Origin: Lobosporangium transversale
Taxonomy: Eukaryota
DNA: 64,000 bases
NCBI RefSeq assembly: GCF_002105155.1
Contig: NW_019029017.1
Coordinates: 310,001-374,000, forward strand
Direction: 5' to 3'
Shown: in pieces, positions 26,092-40,630 of the stretch
How the letters are laid out: each line of letters opens with the position of its first letter
How positions within the stretch are numbered: the stretch's first letter is position 1
The notes under the pieces: generated by a model
What the model was told of the DNA's origin: nothing
Database searches by the model: none
What the model saw: the letters and a program-made list of their open reading frames with translations, nothing else
Program-made: the position numbers and the translations under genes

Positions 26092-27619
26092 CTAGAGTAC
26101 CGCAAGGATAACAATACCAGTGACAACGGCGACAATCAACAAAATATAGCATGATTTGTTTTGTGCTTTCTTTTGGTGGACGGCTGCTGTTGCCAATTCC
26201 TCTGTTGCAGCATGCGTGACCATACTGACTGACGTGACATTTGATTCAATCGAATCTACGAGATATATGATGTTTTCAAAATCAGGCCAAAGATGATGAG
26301 CTTACGTTCCAAAAAGTGGTAGGAAGAAGAGCATTGGAAAGTCTGATTTAAAAGTAAAAGCTTTAATACCCAACATGTTGCCTTGTTCATGGACCATGCT
26401 ACCAAGGTCACGAAAAATCTCGTTCAATTCTGTGATACCCTGTTCAATTTCCCTAATCTCTTCCTCACGTTGCGTGATCATAGATTCATTGTACTCGAGC
26501 TCGTTATCGACAACGAGTAGCTGCAAGCGCCGTTGATCATCATTAATTAATGGCTGTTCACCTGTATCACCACCCTCATCTTCGCTAATATTGCTTCAAT
26601 GAAGTAGAAAAATAATATGAGCAATGGAGCAAACTTGAAGAACGATCAGTCACATGAAGAAAGCACATACGAGTAATTATGTCGTGTCGTCACAACTTGA
26701 CGGGCTTTGAGTACGAAATCGCGTTGTTTTTCGGCGGACACGCGCTGAACTTTTTGGAATTCAACTAGCACCTTTTGAAAATCTTTAGAAACCTTCTGGT
26801 GCTCCAGTTTTTTCTAATCGAATTCATACAATGGAAAAAAGATGAGTAAACCAATAAATAAGCTGAAATGGCTGTTTCGATCTCGCTATCTGACCAAACA
26901 TGTCCACACTATCATCACCCAATATTTTTTTGTGTTCCGTCACATGATCTCTATTACCCCAGGAACATCTACTTTGCCAAGCTCTTTGATATTCTGGCTA
27001 GTTTCACGGACCAGGTTTCGAGTTTGTTCGGTTATATCTTGACTGCAATTAATTATAAAGAAAAAAAAGTCAGTGTGCCCGCTCTTGGGATAAGATTCTT
27101 TACGGGTAGCGTAAAAAAAAGAGCATTTATTTCAACATTAGCTACTCCAGAAAAAAGGATAAAAAAGAGTCAGTGTGTAAACAATAACTAAGGATATTTA
27201 CAGCTTTGCCCTAACATCCTGAGAATCTTTAGCAGTACCAAGAAAACCAACTAGACGCTGTATTGAAGACACATTTGAAGAGATACGAAAGACTTGTTGA
27301 GAAATGTGTTTCACTTTGGCTTCGTGCGTATGTTGATTCACTTCATGTGGGTGATCGAGGGTGTGATCCCAATAAGTAAAAAAAAGGTATAGAGCGAATT
27401 AAATTACTGGGCATAGGTTTGGTTGTAACACAGCAAACGAGTAAACGGGAGAGTATAAGGTAATATACCATCTCCTACGATATCGCCACGGCCAAACTTA
27501 TTAAAGCTAGCAGTGTTGCTACTGATGTTATGGGGACTATTACGGATAAGAGGGCTAAAGCCAGACGCGCCTCCTCGTCGGGAACCACCATCACCTCGTT
27601 CCAGATCAGCAAAAGACAT
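26092..27619 (-). CDS. Endosomal/vacuolar Qa-SNARE (Pep12/Vam3/syntaxin-7-like)
   Basis: MSFADLERG start; Habc segments (QVFRISSNVSSIQRLVGFLGTAKDS, KLEHQKVSKDFQKVLVEFQKVQR); SNARE motif EREEEIREIEQGITELNEIFRDLGSMVHEQG-like; C-terminal TM CYILLIVAVVTGIVILAVL. Confidence 0.9.
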
Positions 27620-28042
27620 TAGTGAACAGTTGTGGTGATGCTGTTGGTATTAAATATATTCCTGAGAAATTGGATAAGAAGCTATATAAACGAGAAAAGT
27701 AGAAGAGTAATGGGAAAAAGATCAAATGCAAGAACATGGGAAAACAGGGGTAAACAAAATTGTGCCATTTCCATAAAGACACTGTACCTTTCTACTTTAT
27801 CACCTGACAGAAACAATGAAAAGAAGCATATGATTGGCAGAGGAGCCTGTCAAGTTATAATTAATCGTATTCATTCTTCATGCTTCTTGCCTCTTATTTG
27901 CTTCATCTCACGACACTTTTTTCTTCTTCCCTTCATTGCATCAATGCAAAGCAACAAGCTGGATAAGCTGGATATAAGCGCTTAAATTTGACTTTTTAAA
28001 GCATACCCAAATACTTCATCTTAAGGTCCCGTCGCCACTACG

Positions 28043-31000
28043 ATGCAACACGACATTACTCAGACCGCAGCCAGCAGCGGCCTTGGCCTAGCTAACGCTT
28101 CACGCCCAAATAGTCGCAACGGCAATGGATATTATCATCCTGAAGACCTTGCCACGTCGCGTCGATTACATGGATCCAATACTCCAGCTTCAACGCCCGG
28201 CACTGCTATTAATCCTACCGCATCCAGACCCTATATTCGCCCTAGCCATACCGCACGTCGAGATAGTACAGCATCAAGCTACAGCACTCTTTCCGAGGTA
28301 TCACAGCCCTGGACCATGGCAGACATTGGCTTCAACGCTATCTCCGGAGTCCTCAACAACCCAAACAAGCGTCCTTCATCGACAGCAAAGCCTACTAAAG
28401 CTGATATACCCCCCGTCCCTCCAACTCCCCTTCGCAAAGTAAAAGCATCAGAATTCGATAGCTACATTAAACATATTACTCCCGTCTTTGAGAGATATCA
28501 GAGCAATAGAGCAGGCGCTAAATCAGTAGATAATGCTGGTGTACACTCCCCTCGTTCGCCTTTTGGGTCATCCTTTGATTCTCGAGCAAGTCATCTTCAA
28601 CCTCCTGTGATGGCTCCATCCATTGCACAGACTACGATGCATAGTATGGAAAGGATCGAGAGCGCACGCAACCCATATTCTGTTCCAGACATGCCTGAGC
28701 TCAAAGAACCCGTGCCAATGAAACCAGCTATGCCAGATACGCCTGCTCTTAGCACTGTTCCATCCATCTTTTTCGATCCCGACTTTAACTTTGAGAACCC
28801 AAGGACTTTTGATCAAGTTTGCGAACAAACAGGCTCTTCAGACGCAAAGAGCAATAGCACAACTTCGATTGTTACCAACAGCATTCTTCAGGAAAAGCTT
28901 TCACATTATTTAGACACGGTTGAGATTCATTTAATGACAGAGATTTCACGGAGATCGATTTCGTTCTTTGAGGCATTATCCAACCTGCAGGCACTGCATT
29001 CTCAAACACTAGAATGCGTGTCTCAAATTCATGTCCTCCGTGCACAGCTGGCCAGGATTGACCACACACAGTCAAAACAGGGTTTAGAAGTTGTGCGTCT
29101 CAAGAGACGCAGGCGTAATATAGGTTTGCTTCATAATGGCATTCGAATGGTCAAAGAAATTCGATCGACACAACCCATGATCCAGGTCTTATTGGGAGAC
29201 AGCAACTATTTTGGCGCATTGGATCTAATTGATGGCACTCAGTGGACACTCATCGATGGTGATATAAGACATCTTGAAGCAACTCCAGGATTTGGTCCTA
29301 GCCTTACGCTTATTTCATCTTCAGCTTCTATTACACCTTCACCACGCTCATTGGATATCCGTGGTGTATTGGCACTTGTCCACTTTGGAGGTCAGTTGGC
29401 AGAGATGCGAAAGATGATCGGAAAGATGATTGAAAATGATCTAGTAAATCTACTACTCGATGACTTTCGAGAACGAATCGGTAAATTGGATGTTGCAACA
29501 TTATTGACCGATATTGGTCGAGTTGATACATCCAACACAAAGTTCATGAAACCCAATTTCAACCGAGGTATCAATCCACTGTTATCGAAACAAGTGGAGG
29601 AGGAGAGCGATCTGCAAGATAAAATATTTTCGTTGATTCAAGGATTACTTCGAACCAACCGCGCAGGAGTTGCGCTTCAAACCTATAGAGAACAGATTTT
29701 GCAAGAGATTAAAAACATCATCAAATCTGTATGGCGGCTTTAGACAGTTTCTTTAATTTTATTTAAAGAAAAAGGAAGCACAGAAGAGAATATTTATTTT
29801 AAACTAACAGATTTTTAACCTCCATGCTATATCATATGAATAGCAATATCCGCCTCCAGACCCTGATACAGCCAACACCAATGGTCCTGTTTCTTCCAGG
29901 AAAAAGGATCAAATGTAAGCGAAGCTGATATTAAAATATTTCATTCTGGCGTATCAAAGGCACAGTTCTAGTCCTGACAAGCTTCACATTGCTGTTGACT
30001 TCTTTTAGGACTTCTTTGGCGAGGCAACTGCGGGAAATGGATTCCATTACGTTTTACAAGATGCTGTCCTATATATATGCATTCCTATTAGGTGCTTTTC
30101 AGAGGGTGTCATTATACCACCAACTGATCCTACATTGTATCCGCAGAGCAGAGGCTCATGGTACTGGGCGATTGATTATGGTTGACTCTTCTTCCGACAC
30201 AGATAGCGTACAGGGGTCTATTTCCATTCGTGAAGTGAAAGATGGAGAAAACGAAGATGCTGAAGACTATGAAGGACCAGAGGGTGATCAGGTGCAATTA
30301 GACGGCGAGGATGCTGGATTCAGTCTTAAGACGATGACACCAGGGTCAACTCCCATGCAGGCAACAATAGGAAGAAAGCGTATAGCAGCCCCAGGCAGCA
30401 ACATCAAAGTTACCCCGCCTAGGATACAGTTTGCTGGAGGTCTTCACTCTCCATCTATTCACGGTTTTGCATCAATGCAGCTTGGTGATGAGGAAGGCGA
30501 TCAACTCAGCGATGGTTCTATTACTCAGCTATTTCGACAATTAGAAACAGAATCAGAAGAAATTCTCTTTGCAGTAGCAGACCTAGCACACTCGAGATGC
30601 GCAAAGTTGATGAGTATGAGGAGCGAGCAAACCGCAAAACTCTTGCCTATTGAGGTTTATCGGTTGCTTAGGCTTACCTGGTCGTTTGTATTACAAAGCG
30701 AACTTCTGTCAGGATACATGTGCTATGGCCTCAGGACAGCTATTCTATCTCAGTCCAAAGCATTTTTACTCCAGTTTCACATGCAAAAGACAAGCCAACT
30801 AGCAATATCTGTTGGAGAGGATCAGTGGATTCAAGTGGAAGTACCATGGTCCTCGCAAGCCACCGCTAATGAAATTGTCGCAATTTCGACCCTTAGTCTA
30901 CAGGAGGCTCGCAATAAGGACTTCGCGATGGCATTCAATGTTCTCAAGCTGGCGGGGCCGCCAGTCGCCCAAGGTATAATGGACCACGATACGTTTCTCC

Positions 31001-32134
31001 CAGCGCGCCTAGGATCTAAGGGTCCAAAAGAATCCAACAGCAGTAGTAAAGAGACAGAGATACCAGTACCAACACGTGTACTATCGATCGGGGATGAGGT
31101 GTTCTTCGTTGTAGGCTGTTCATTAGTATTGCTTGATATTGTGGCGGAGTATTTAGATATCCTCAACAACATTTCAGCACTTACTACGGATGTTATGCAG
31201 CGCATCATCGAACTGCTCAAGGTAACGGTTCTTGTACTTCTTTGGTTCATTATACAGCTTAATTCATTGGAAAGGCGTGCTCAACTCTGTATCACTATTT
31301 ATCTACTCTATGTAGTTGTTCAATTCGAGGACGTGTCAAGTGATTCTTGGAGCTGGAGCCATGCGGTCGGCGGGACTTAAAAACATTACAGCCAAACATC
31401 TTGCTCTTGCATCTCAGTCACTAAGTATGTTTGCGACGCTGATACCATATGTCAAGGACTGGATCCGATCTAAAATGACTGACAAACAGATGGTTATGCT
31501 GACGGAGTTCGACAGGATTCTTCGTGATTTCCAAGAGCACCAGAATGAGATCCACGCGAAACTAGTGACGATTATGACGGAACGCCTCAATATCCACATG
31601 CGCTCTATGACAAATCCTGCTGTTGTCGATTATGATGCGCTCAACAAGCCTGCACAGCAATTAGCAAATGGTGGTGGAAATGTCAATGCATTTATGGATG
31701 GCCTCGTCAAGGACGCAATAACGCTTCACAAAGTCTTGAGCCGCTTCTTACCAGCGGCATCCATGCGGGTATGTACTATCTAAAATTGGTATAGTTATTT
31801 AGTTTCCTTTTAAAATCCGTATTTGCTTGGTTTGACCAGTGGGGCCTTGTATTTCTGTCAATATTAGAAAGTTATCGATGAAGTCCTCCAGGTATTCACA
31901 ACGCGGCTTGAGGAAGAGATCGAAAAGTTGCCGATCGCCACACCCTTGGGAAAAACAAGGTTACAGGCAGATGTTGCATACTTTGGCCAAAAGTTAAGCC
32001 CACTTGATCCCAATGGGATTATTGGAACAAAGTTGCTGAAGCAAGTTAAAGAGCTAGCTCTGATAGACAAGAAGAATGGGACAGCAACCCCCACAATAGC
32101 TGCTCCTGTGAATGCTGCCTCATCTGGCTCTTAG
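28043..32134 (+). CDS. VPS54: GARP complex subunit Vps54
   Basis: LQEKLSHYLDTVEIHLMTEISRRSISFFEAL; FNSRTCQVILGAGAMRSAGLKNITAKHLALASQSL; HQNEIHAKLV; five exons. Confidence 0.92.
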
Positions 32135-32272
32135 AGCAGCATTAATTTTTTTCACAGGCATTTTTTTTAGTTCCATAAAAGTTGCACGAAGTCACGTTTA
32201 ATTGTTACTAGTGATATTAATTTGCATTTTGTGTAGTAGTGTGTTCCTCCTCTTTATTCATTAATCCACACA

Positions 32273-34198
32273 ATGGGTACGATTTGATGGATTTTGAATT
32301 TACCTAATCGGGAATGCGCACTATTTCAATGGAAGCATCAGAAAGTGTCGCCTTGGATGTGTTCGTTTGATATCCATGCTATCTCGAACATGCTGCTAAC
32401 CATCGATTTATTTATTTTATCAATCCATCTAATATGTTTACCATCATCGACATCGTGAATACAACCACTCCACATATCAAACACTACTTTCGTAACTTTA
32501 TTATTGTTGAACGTGCATGTACGTCCTGGAAACAATCGTGTCGATTTATAAACGAAAAATCAAATCATAACGGGAATAATCATCAACAACAAACACTGTT
32601 TTTCTCAATTACTTCGACCTGTCATTATGATCCATTCATCACGATATTTTACTCCAACTTTCAGCCGTTGGAAAGAATAAGCGTCTCTCGAAAGGCAAGA
32701 AGGGTCTCAAGAAGAAGGTGTAAGTCTCTTTAACAATAAGCATCAGTCCCCGGCTGCGTTCGATGCAGGATCTCTTATGTTTGGGAACCGGAGCTCAATA
32801 CGGAGCAGGAAAAAAAAAAAAAAAAAAAAAAAGGATGCGACATGAAAAGATGAATTCAGGATGTCAATATCAAAGTCGAATGAGAATCTCTCTATATCAT
32901 TATAAGCTACCTTTTCAACTTGATTGTATCAAGGACGCTTGGGATTCAACTAAAGAAAAACGACAAAGTCAGATCGAATTAGTCTGAGTGGCGGCATCTG
33001 CCATCAAGGCGATTTGAACCCGGAAGCTCGATTAGTTTTGCTATTGTGATCTAGCGATGAAGACCTGCTGAAGGATCTTTCACCTCATATTGATGCAGAA
33101 TTATCTCGGCTCGTGTACTCAGCAGTCAATTCAGATGAAAAGATATCCACAGTTACTTTCGGCTTTGACAGTGGGTGCAGTCGGAAGATATTTTGACATG
33201 TCATGGCTCGTCGTTTTGCACCGATTGTCGCGAGTTATGATTAATTTTTCCCGGTCATAATTAAGAACAAATAAGGCGTTGAAAGGATAATTAAGGATCT
33301 AGGGCGGAGATATCAGCAATATAATGGATTCTGACCGATGTTGATTCCAATGATTTCCACCATCTAGCGTCGATCCCTTCACCCGCAAGGATTGGTACGA
33401 TATTAAGGCCCCCTCCACCTTCGATGTCCGTAACGTTGGCAAGACCCTCGTCAACCGCACTCAGGGTTTGAAGAATGCCAACGACGCCTTGAAGGGCCGT
33501 GTCCTCGAGATCTCTCTCGCTGACTTGAACAAGAACGAGGAGTATTCGTTCCGCAAGGTCAAGCTGCGTGTTGATGAGGTCCAGGGCAAGAACTGCCTCA
33601 CTAACTTCCACGGCATGGACATGACTTCGGACAAGCTCCGTTCCATGGTCCGCAAGTGGCAGGTAATGCTATGTCCACATTCTATATACAGCTATCTATT
33701 TATATATCTTTTTCGGATCATGTCGATATTCTCAATATCCTAATGAGGAGGTTTTTTTATCCCCTTTTACAGACCATCATCGAGGCTCACGTCGATGTCA
33801 AGACCACTGATGGATACTTGTTGCGTCTCTTTGCTGTGGCTTTCACCAAAAAAGGTGTCCATCAGGTCAAGAAGACCACCTACGCTCAGTCTGCCCAGAT
33901 CCGTCAGATTCGTAAGAAGATGTTCGAGATCATGACTGCCCAGGCCACCTCATGCGACTTGAAGGAGCTCGTCCACAAGTTCATCCCCGAGGTTATTGGA
34001 AACGAGATTGAGAAGTCTTGCAAGGCCATCTACCCCCTCCGTGATGTGTACATTCGCAAGGTCAAGATCTTGAAGGCCCCTAAGTTTGATCTTGGCAAGC
34101 TCCTCGAGCTCCATTCTGGCGCTGATGTCGACACCACTGGTGCTAAGGTTGAACGCAAGGGTGACTTCAAGGAGCCCGCTATTCTTGCTGAGGTTTAA
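32273..34198 (+). CDS. RPS1: 40S ribosomal protein eS1 (RPS1/S3A)
   Basis: Coding exons 32273-32276 (ATGG), 32665-32719, 33368-33662, 33773-34198 give [35 protein letters not shown]...; strong codon bias. Confidence 0.95.
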
Positions 34199-34503
34199 AA
34201 AGAAAATAAAAACGTTTCCCTCTAAAAAGCATTTTTTACCTACAGCTAACATGTCCCTTACGTCTCTTGTTCTTTGCTTTGTTCCTTCAAGTGAACTTTA
34301 ATATCCTCATTATTTTGTTGTGGAAAATAAAAGAGAGAAAAATAAAGAGGTTTTATAAGATACAGGCTGCTATAACTCCATGGAGCAGCATTATCATGTA
34401 TTAGTTTTTTTTTTTTTTTTTTTTTTTTTGCAGACCAATTGAAGAAAAGGTTGCATTTATTTTATTTTATTTTTTTCCGCGTTCACAAGCACTAGACACA
34501 ACC

Positions 34504-35441
<938 letters not shown>

Positions 35442-36303
35442 TTAAAAAGCAATAAAATAACCAGAGTGGTAAGTGGTTAAAACAAAATGAGCTCCATGGT
35501 CCGAGTAAAAAGCAGTTTCTATTGATCACTGCCATCCTGCCTTGTCTTCTATACTGTCAATATTCTCAGCAGTAAGACTCATGCGCCATGATTGGTGTTG
35601 CCTGTCGAGTGATCCTGTCTGTCGCATGCGTATCATATATGTTTCTTGACATGACACGACACTAAGTCAATGCATTGAAATGCCTCCATGAATCCTGTTG
35701 ATGGGTACTTTTTTTTTTTCTTTTAATTTTGTATAGTAATAATCGAGGCCGAAGGTGATGTGAATGAGGGATATTGTGATTTCTTTAACATAAAGTTATG
35801 AACCGAATTCCAAAGTTTTCTTGAAACACTCGAGAATGTATACATAGTATGTAGGATTATGGATACACCAATGGTGACACTGACATGCGATAAGCATGTA
35901 GATCAGTCGCATATTGTTGGATGGATTGATCAATTGTTCCTTCTTCCAAGCGATGGATGGTCCTCCAGCCCCTAGTGAAAACGATCTATCTGTCAAAAAT
36001 TACATTTTCTTGGGAATGAGATTGAGAAGGAGCAACACGTCAACACAGTATGCAGATCTCATATTCAGTCAGAATACGGCTTATTTTATGCTCTTAAGGG
36101 TCACAAATCCCGGAATAATTCTGTGCCTGTCAATTGTATTATTACTTCAATGGGTGGAGAAAAAATAAAATAAAATAAAAGTAATCTATGCTCTACATAA
36201 AAAAGTTATTACACGGCAGGAATGGTTGGGGTTGCTTCTGCTTGGTATGTTATACATTTAACAAATCTTGAATTGTTGCTTTCTCTTTTCTTTTTTGACC
36301 CCT

Positions 36304-36562
36304 TTAAGCAGTTTTGGAAGACGTCTGTGACTCACTCTTAAACCGTGCAAAGGCTTCGCGAACGCCAAACTTGAGTCTATCCATAGCACTCTCCATAGAA
36401 TCTAGAGCCGGACGGACATCCAAGTGAAAAACTGGCACATCGTTGGCGACATCATCCTGTCCACCATAATAGTCGATAACATAACGTACTTCCTTGCCAC
36501 ACCGATCGATGATCCAATCATGACGATCAAAAGGTTTAGGAGCGCTGTGCATATGTGCATAC

Positions 36563-36597
<35 letters not shown>

Positions 36598-37244
36598 AAA
36601 TAAGTGATTGATATAAAAACGTCACCTTAAAAAAAACGATCACTTGTTCAACTCACCCAAAAAAACCCATGATTCTAGCCTTTGGACTGAGTTGCTGAGG
36701 CCGGCCCTGGAAACGAAGGAGTTTAGGTTCACAGCAGGTACTAAAATATAACGTTACTCGAGATGCTGATTGTTAAAAAAGGGCAACTATCCTATTTGGC
36801 TATATTGACAGGAAAAAAACAGTGGTGGATAGAAGATGTATGGGTAACATACTCAGAATGCTCCTTTTCCCATTTCATGACTTCATTCCAAGCTTCCTCG
36901 TTCATCCAGTTATGAATATCGACCATCGTTTCGATTGCATCTTCGGGAGTCTCCCAACCCTTTCTACGAAGAGCATTATAAAATTGTTGGGGCGAAGGGT
37001 ATTCCCATTTGGAACTATCATTTGTTTTGGCTTTAGGAATAGAGGAAATTACTCTTTCAGTAGGGAGGGGTATTTCTTGGTCAGGAAAGGGTGATTGAGC
37101 TAAATTAGGAATATTATTATCTGGGTTGAGGCTTTCTCCATTTTCTTGCCGGTGCATAGGACAACCTGGAGGAGGCTTTGGTGCTTGATGCATGGGGCAT
37201 GCAGGAGGTGGGTTAATGGCAGTGGTGTCCTTTCCGGGCGACAT
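36304..37244 (-). CDS. Cytochrome c/c1 heme lyase (holocytochrome c synthase)
   Basis: Two N-terminal CPMH heme-regulatory motifs, [73 protein letters not shown]; three exons. Confidence 0.93.
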
Positions 37245-37606
37245 GTCTGAGTTGGTTAGAAGATGGAGTTAGATTAAGAATAGAATGCTCGGAAATGCGA
37301 AAAGGAATGCCTGTTCATTCCACACACTGTTAAGAGAAATGAAAAAAGGAGTAACAACAAACGACAAGCCACGAAATGTGATTTAATATCAATATCCGAT
37401 CTGGTGCAATTGCTGACCAAGCCTAATGTCGCAGAGTAAAAAAAGAAAAAGAAAAACGCCCTTACAAAACGTGGGAGGACTGTACACTCAAGGATTTCAC
37501 ATGTGCCATGCTTGTTTAAAGGTCTATTTTACAAATAAATGTCATTCGGATATCTAATACTCTTCTTTGGCTCGAAAACATATTTCCCAATTTTCTCCTC
37601 TGAATA

Positions 37607-38059
37607 TTATGCGACGACTTCAATACCCATCGATCTTGCACTTCCAACAACTCCCGCACAAATGCCTTTAAGTGACAAATGTTCCATGCCTTCGTCTGCC
37701 TGCTTGATCTTTGCAATTTCGTAAACTTGCTTCAAGTTGACTTTGCCGACAAACGGGTGTTCCTTGCCAATGTTAGTAGCGCCCTTCTCGATCCCTGCGG
37801 CACGTTTAAGGAAAAAGGAAGTCGGTGGTGATTTTGTGACAAATGTGAATGTACGGTCACCCTTAACAGTAATAATGACAGGCAAAGGCGTTCCAGGTTC
37901 AACGTTCTTGGTTCTGTCATTGAACTGTTTACAGAAATCCATCGACTTGACACCACGCTGACCGAGGGCAGGGCCAATAGGAGGAGATGGAGTGGCCTTC
38001 CCTGCAGGGACAACCAGACGCAAGAGGGATGCAGCGGCAGCAGGAGCTTTCTTGGACAT
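37607..38059 (-). CDS. MRPL19: Mitochondrial ribosomal protein uL11m
   Basis: Intronless 150-aa ORF: LVVPAGKATPSPPIGPALGQRGVKSMDFCKQFNDRT...GSARSMGIEVV. Confidence 0.93.
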   Translation of the reverse strand: MSKKAPAAAASLLRLVVPAGKATPSPPIGPALGQRGVKSMDFCKQFNDRTKNVEPGTPLPVIITVKGDRTFTFVTKSPPTSFFLKRAAGIEKGATNIGKEHPFVGKVNLKQVYEIAKIKQADEGMEHLSLKGICAGVVGSARSMGIEVVA

Positions 38060-38696
38060 TCTGTTGATGGCCTCAAGATTGAAAGATGTAATGAATAAAT
38101 GGACTGGTTAGTGTCTTTTATTTCGGCCAAACACGGTGAGCAGCCACAACATTTTTTTTCATAGCCACACAAAGTTTGTGGCTGCTCGGGTGTTCGAAGA
38201 GCTTGACGATTTTCAGTCTGTTTTTGATGCATCACCACTCAGAAGGATTTTACCATTGATGCTTCTTGGAGCCACCAGCGTAACTGCTATCAGGGTTCCA
38301 TGCCATATCACACTAGTAAAATTCGCTTGTGAAAAATTTTTGGGATTCGTTTATACGATCCAAATCGTCTGGATTACATGTCATACCCATATGCCGTGTC
38401 TACAAGGAATTTGGACTATGACATCCAATGTCTTTGCTGTTTAACAACGTCGCCAAATAGCACTTGAAATTCCTCTTATGGTCGCTGCATCCTGTATAGC
38501 CTTTGAGAGAGCCATTATGGAGATAATCATGTTTCTTCCAGCCTTTATTGCTGCAAATAGAAATAACATGCGCTTGATATTTGTACATGATCAATAAATC
38601 GACAATTTCAGTAAAAGTCGTTCACAGAAATCTTAGGCTTCCTCTTAAATTTTAATTTTTGACTTTTGCTTTACTTTTATTAAACAATTACTTGTG

Positions 38697-39551
38697 ATGC
38701 CGTTTGACAACTTCATGCAACGGAAATTGTCATCAAATATTTTTGGAAAACAAGCAGCTTTGTTGTTGCTTACATTACTATGTTTCTTTTCAATGTAAGC
38801 ATCATGGTTAGGTTTTGTAAATGTTCATTATACATTTGAGAATGATGTGTATATTGTTGAATTGACAAATAGTTGCTTTCCTTTCCTTCCAATCATATCA
38901 ACCATCTTAATTCACCCAGACTACCAAGCGCTTTATCATTGTCAGTAGTGCCGCCAATGTCAGTCTCAACTCGAATTGCCTCAGATACTTTTAAAAGACA
39001 GCTAGGGCCTGATACAACAATGGATCCTTTAAGCTACACATGCGAGGTTGTAGGAGAATGTCTCGCATGTAGTACTCTGCAAATCGTAAGAGGCGGAGGC
39101 ATAGAAGTTCAGGGACAATTCGTCATTTACTTCTAAGAGCGTCGAAACTAATGTTCAACCTCATTCTATTTATTTTCCATTCAGCAAACCGAAAATGTCT
39201 GTAAAGAAACTCACAATCGACAAAGGATAGAATGTCATTATGTTGATCCCAGAAAGGAAGAAGACGAGGACCTTAAACTCAAGCTTCCCACATATAGATC
39301 ATGCCTCCATGTCAAAGCAGTCGAAGCGAGGAAATTCGCACATTTTTTTGTAAGAACTCTCTCTATTGGACTTACTGATGCATTCTTAACTGATGTGTTC
39401 CTATCATGATTCAACGCTAACCTTGGCTAGTCTATGCTAGTCTATGAATGTGTTCCTAGCTTTTTTCTCAGGTTTATTGTTAGTTTGGAGGAAACGCAAG
39501 CTTGCAGCTGCTCAGTATAGGCGCATGGCCAGAAGGATAGGCATTGCATAA
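38697..39551 (+). CDS. JTB (jumping translocation breakpoint)-like small type I membrane protein
   Basis: Exons 38697-38794, 38920-39085, 39185-39349, 39441-39551. Signal-peptide-like hydrophobic stretch, six-Cys ectodomain (CEVVGECLAC..CKETHNRQRIEC..YRSC), EARKFAHFF, TM, basic tail WRKRKLAAAQYRRMARRI. Confidence 0.7.
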
Positions 39552-39673
39552 AACCCATTTCTTCATTTCAATCAAGAAAATAAGCATAAAAACAGCTAAT
39601 AGAAAATGATCTGCTTTGCATTGTGCATGCTTAGACATAACATAATATTTAATTAGCCTGTTTGATTCGAGTC

Positions 39674-40597
39674 TCATACTTGAAGTTTTAAAGTAGACTT
39701 TTTGTTCTTTTTTGCCTTGGTAGCCAATTTCTTGGCTTTGAGTGCAAGTGATGAATCCCATGCCTCCTTATGCTTTCTATACAACAGAATAGTTATTCGA
39801 GCATCCTCGACACTAGAATGAGATCCTTGTTGGATCTTAATTCCCAAAATCTCCTGGGCGAGCTTTCTGAGTGATGGGGTTTTGCCTTTAGCTAGAGCTC
39901 TGAACGGTTGGTATCTGGAGGTATCACGGATTAGTCTCTGTGGGTGTTCGAGCAATAGAGCCTTGAAATCATTTTGTAGTGCATGTCCAACAACTATTTT
40001 ATCCTTGATAATATCAGCCACCTGCTTTTGGGCGTCTTTAAAATCTATTGCCTTGGCAAGGTGTCTTGGCGTGATGCCACTGACCTCAGTGCGAAAATCT
40101 GTCACACGTTCCAGTGGACGGACATAGAGATCCAGGACTGTAACGCCATGATAGTTGACAATACTGACTCGAGCTAAAGCTGACTGTTCACCATCTGGCC
40201 CAACGCCTACCATCTCACAATCAATCCCCACATACTTTCCAATCCTATCAAGATAGAAGTATCGACGGTTAGATGCTATGATCTCAATAAATACCATATC
40301 ATGCTTTATATTATATAGATTGAATAGTGGTCAGAATCATTTACTTGTGTTTTCCAGTTTCTGTTGGATCATACTCGTGCTTGCACCCTGATTTCCCGTA
40401 TGCCTTTTCAAGATCCTCTTTTGAAATATCATCAAACCATAGTTGAGTAGTATCGTGTTTAGTTCCAGTAACAATGTTCAAGTTTGGTATTTTCGTTCTA
40501 GCTGATGTTGCGTCTTGATCATCATCAAAATCTGAAGATGAGCGCTTTTTTGATGCGTTGTAAACGGGTATAGTTTTGCGAGGGGAAGGTTTAATAG

Positions 40598-40630
<33 letters not shown>

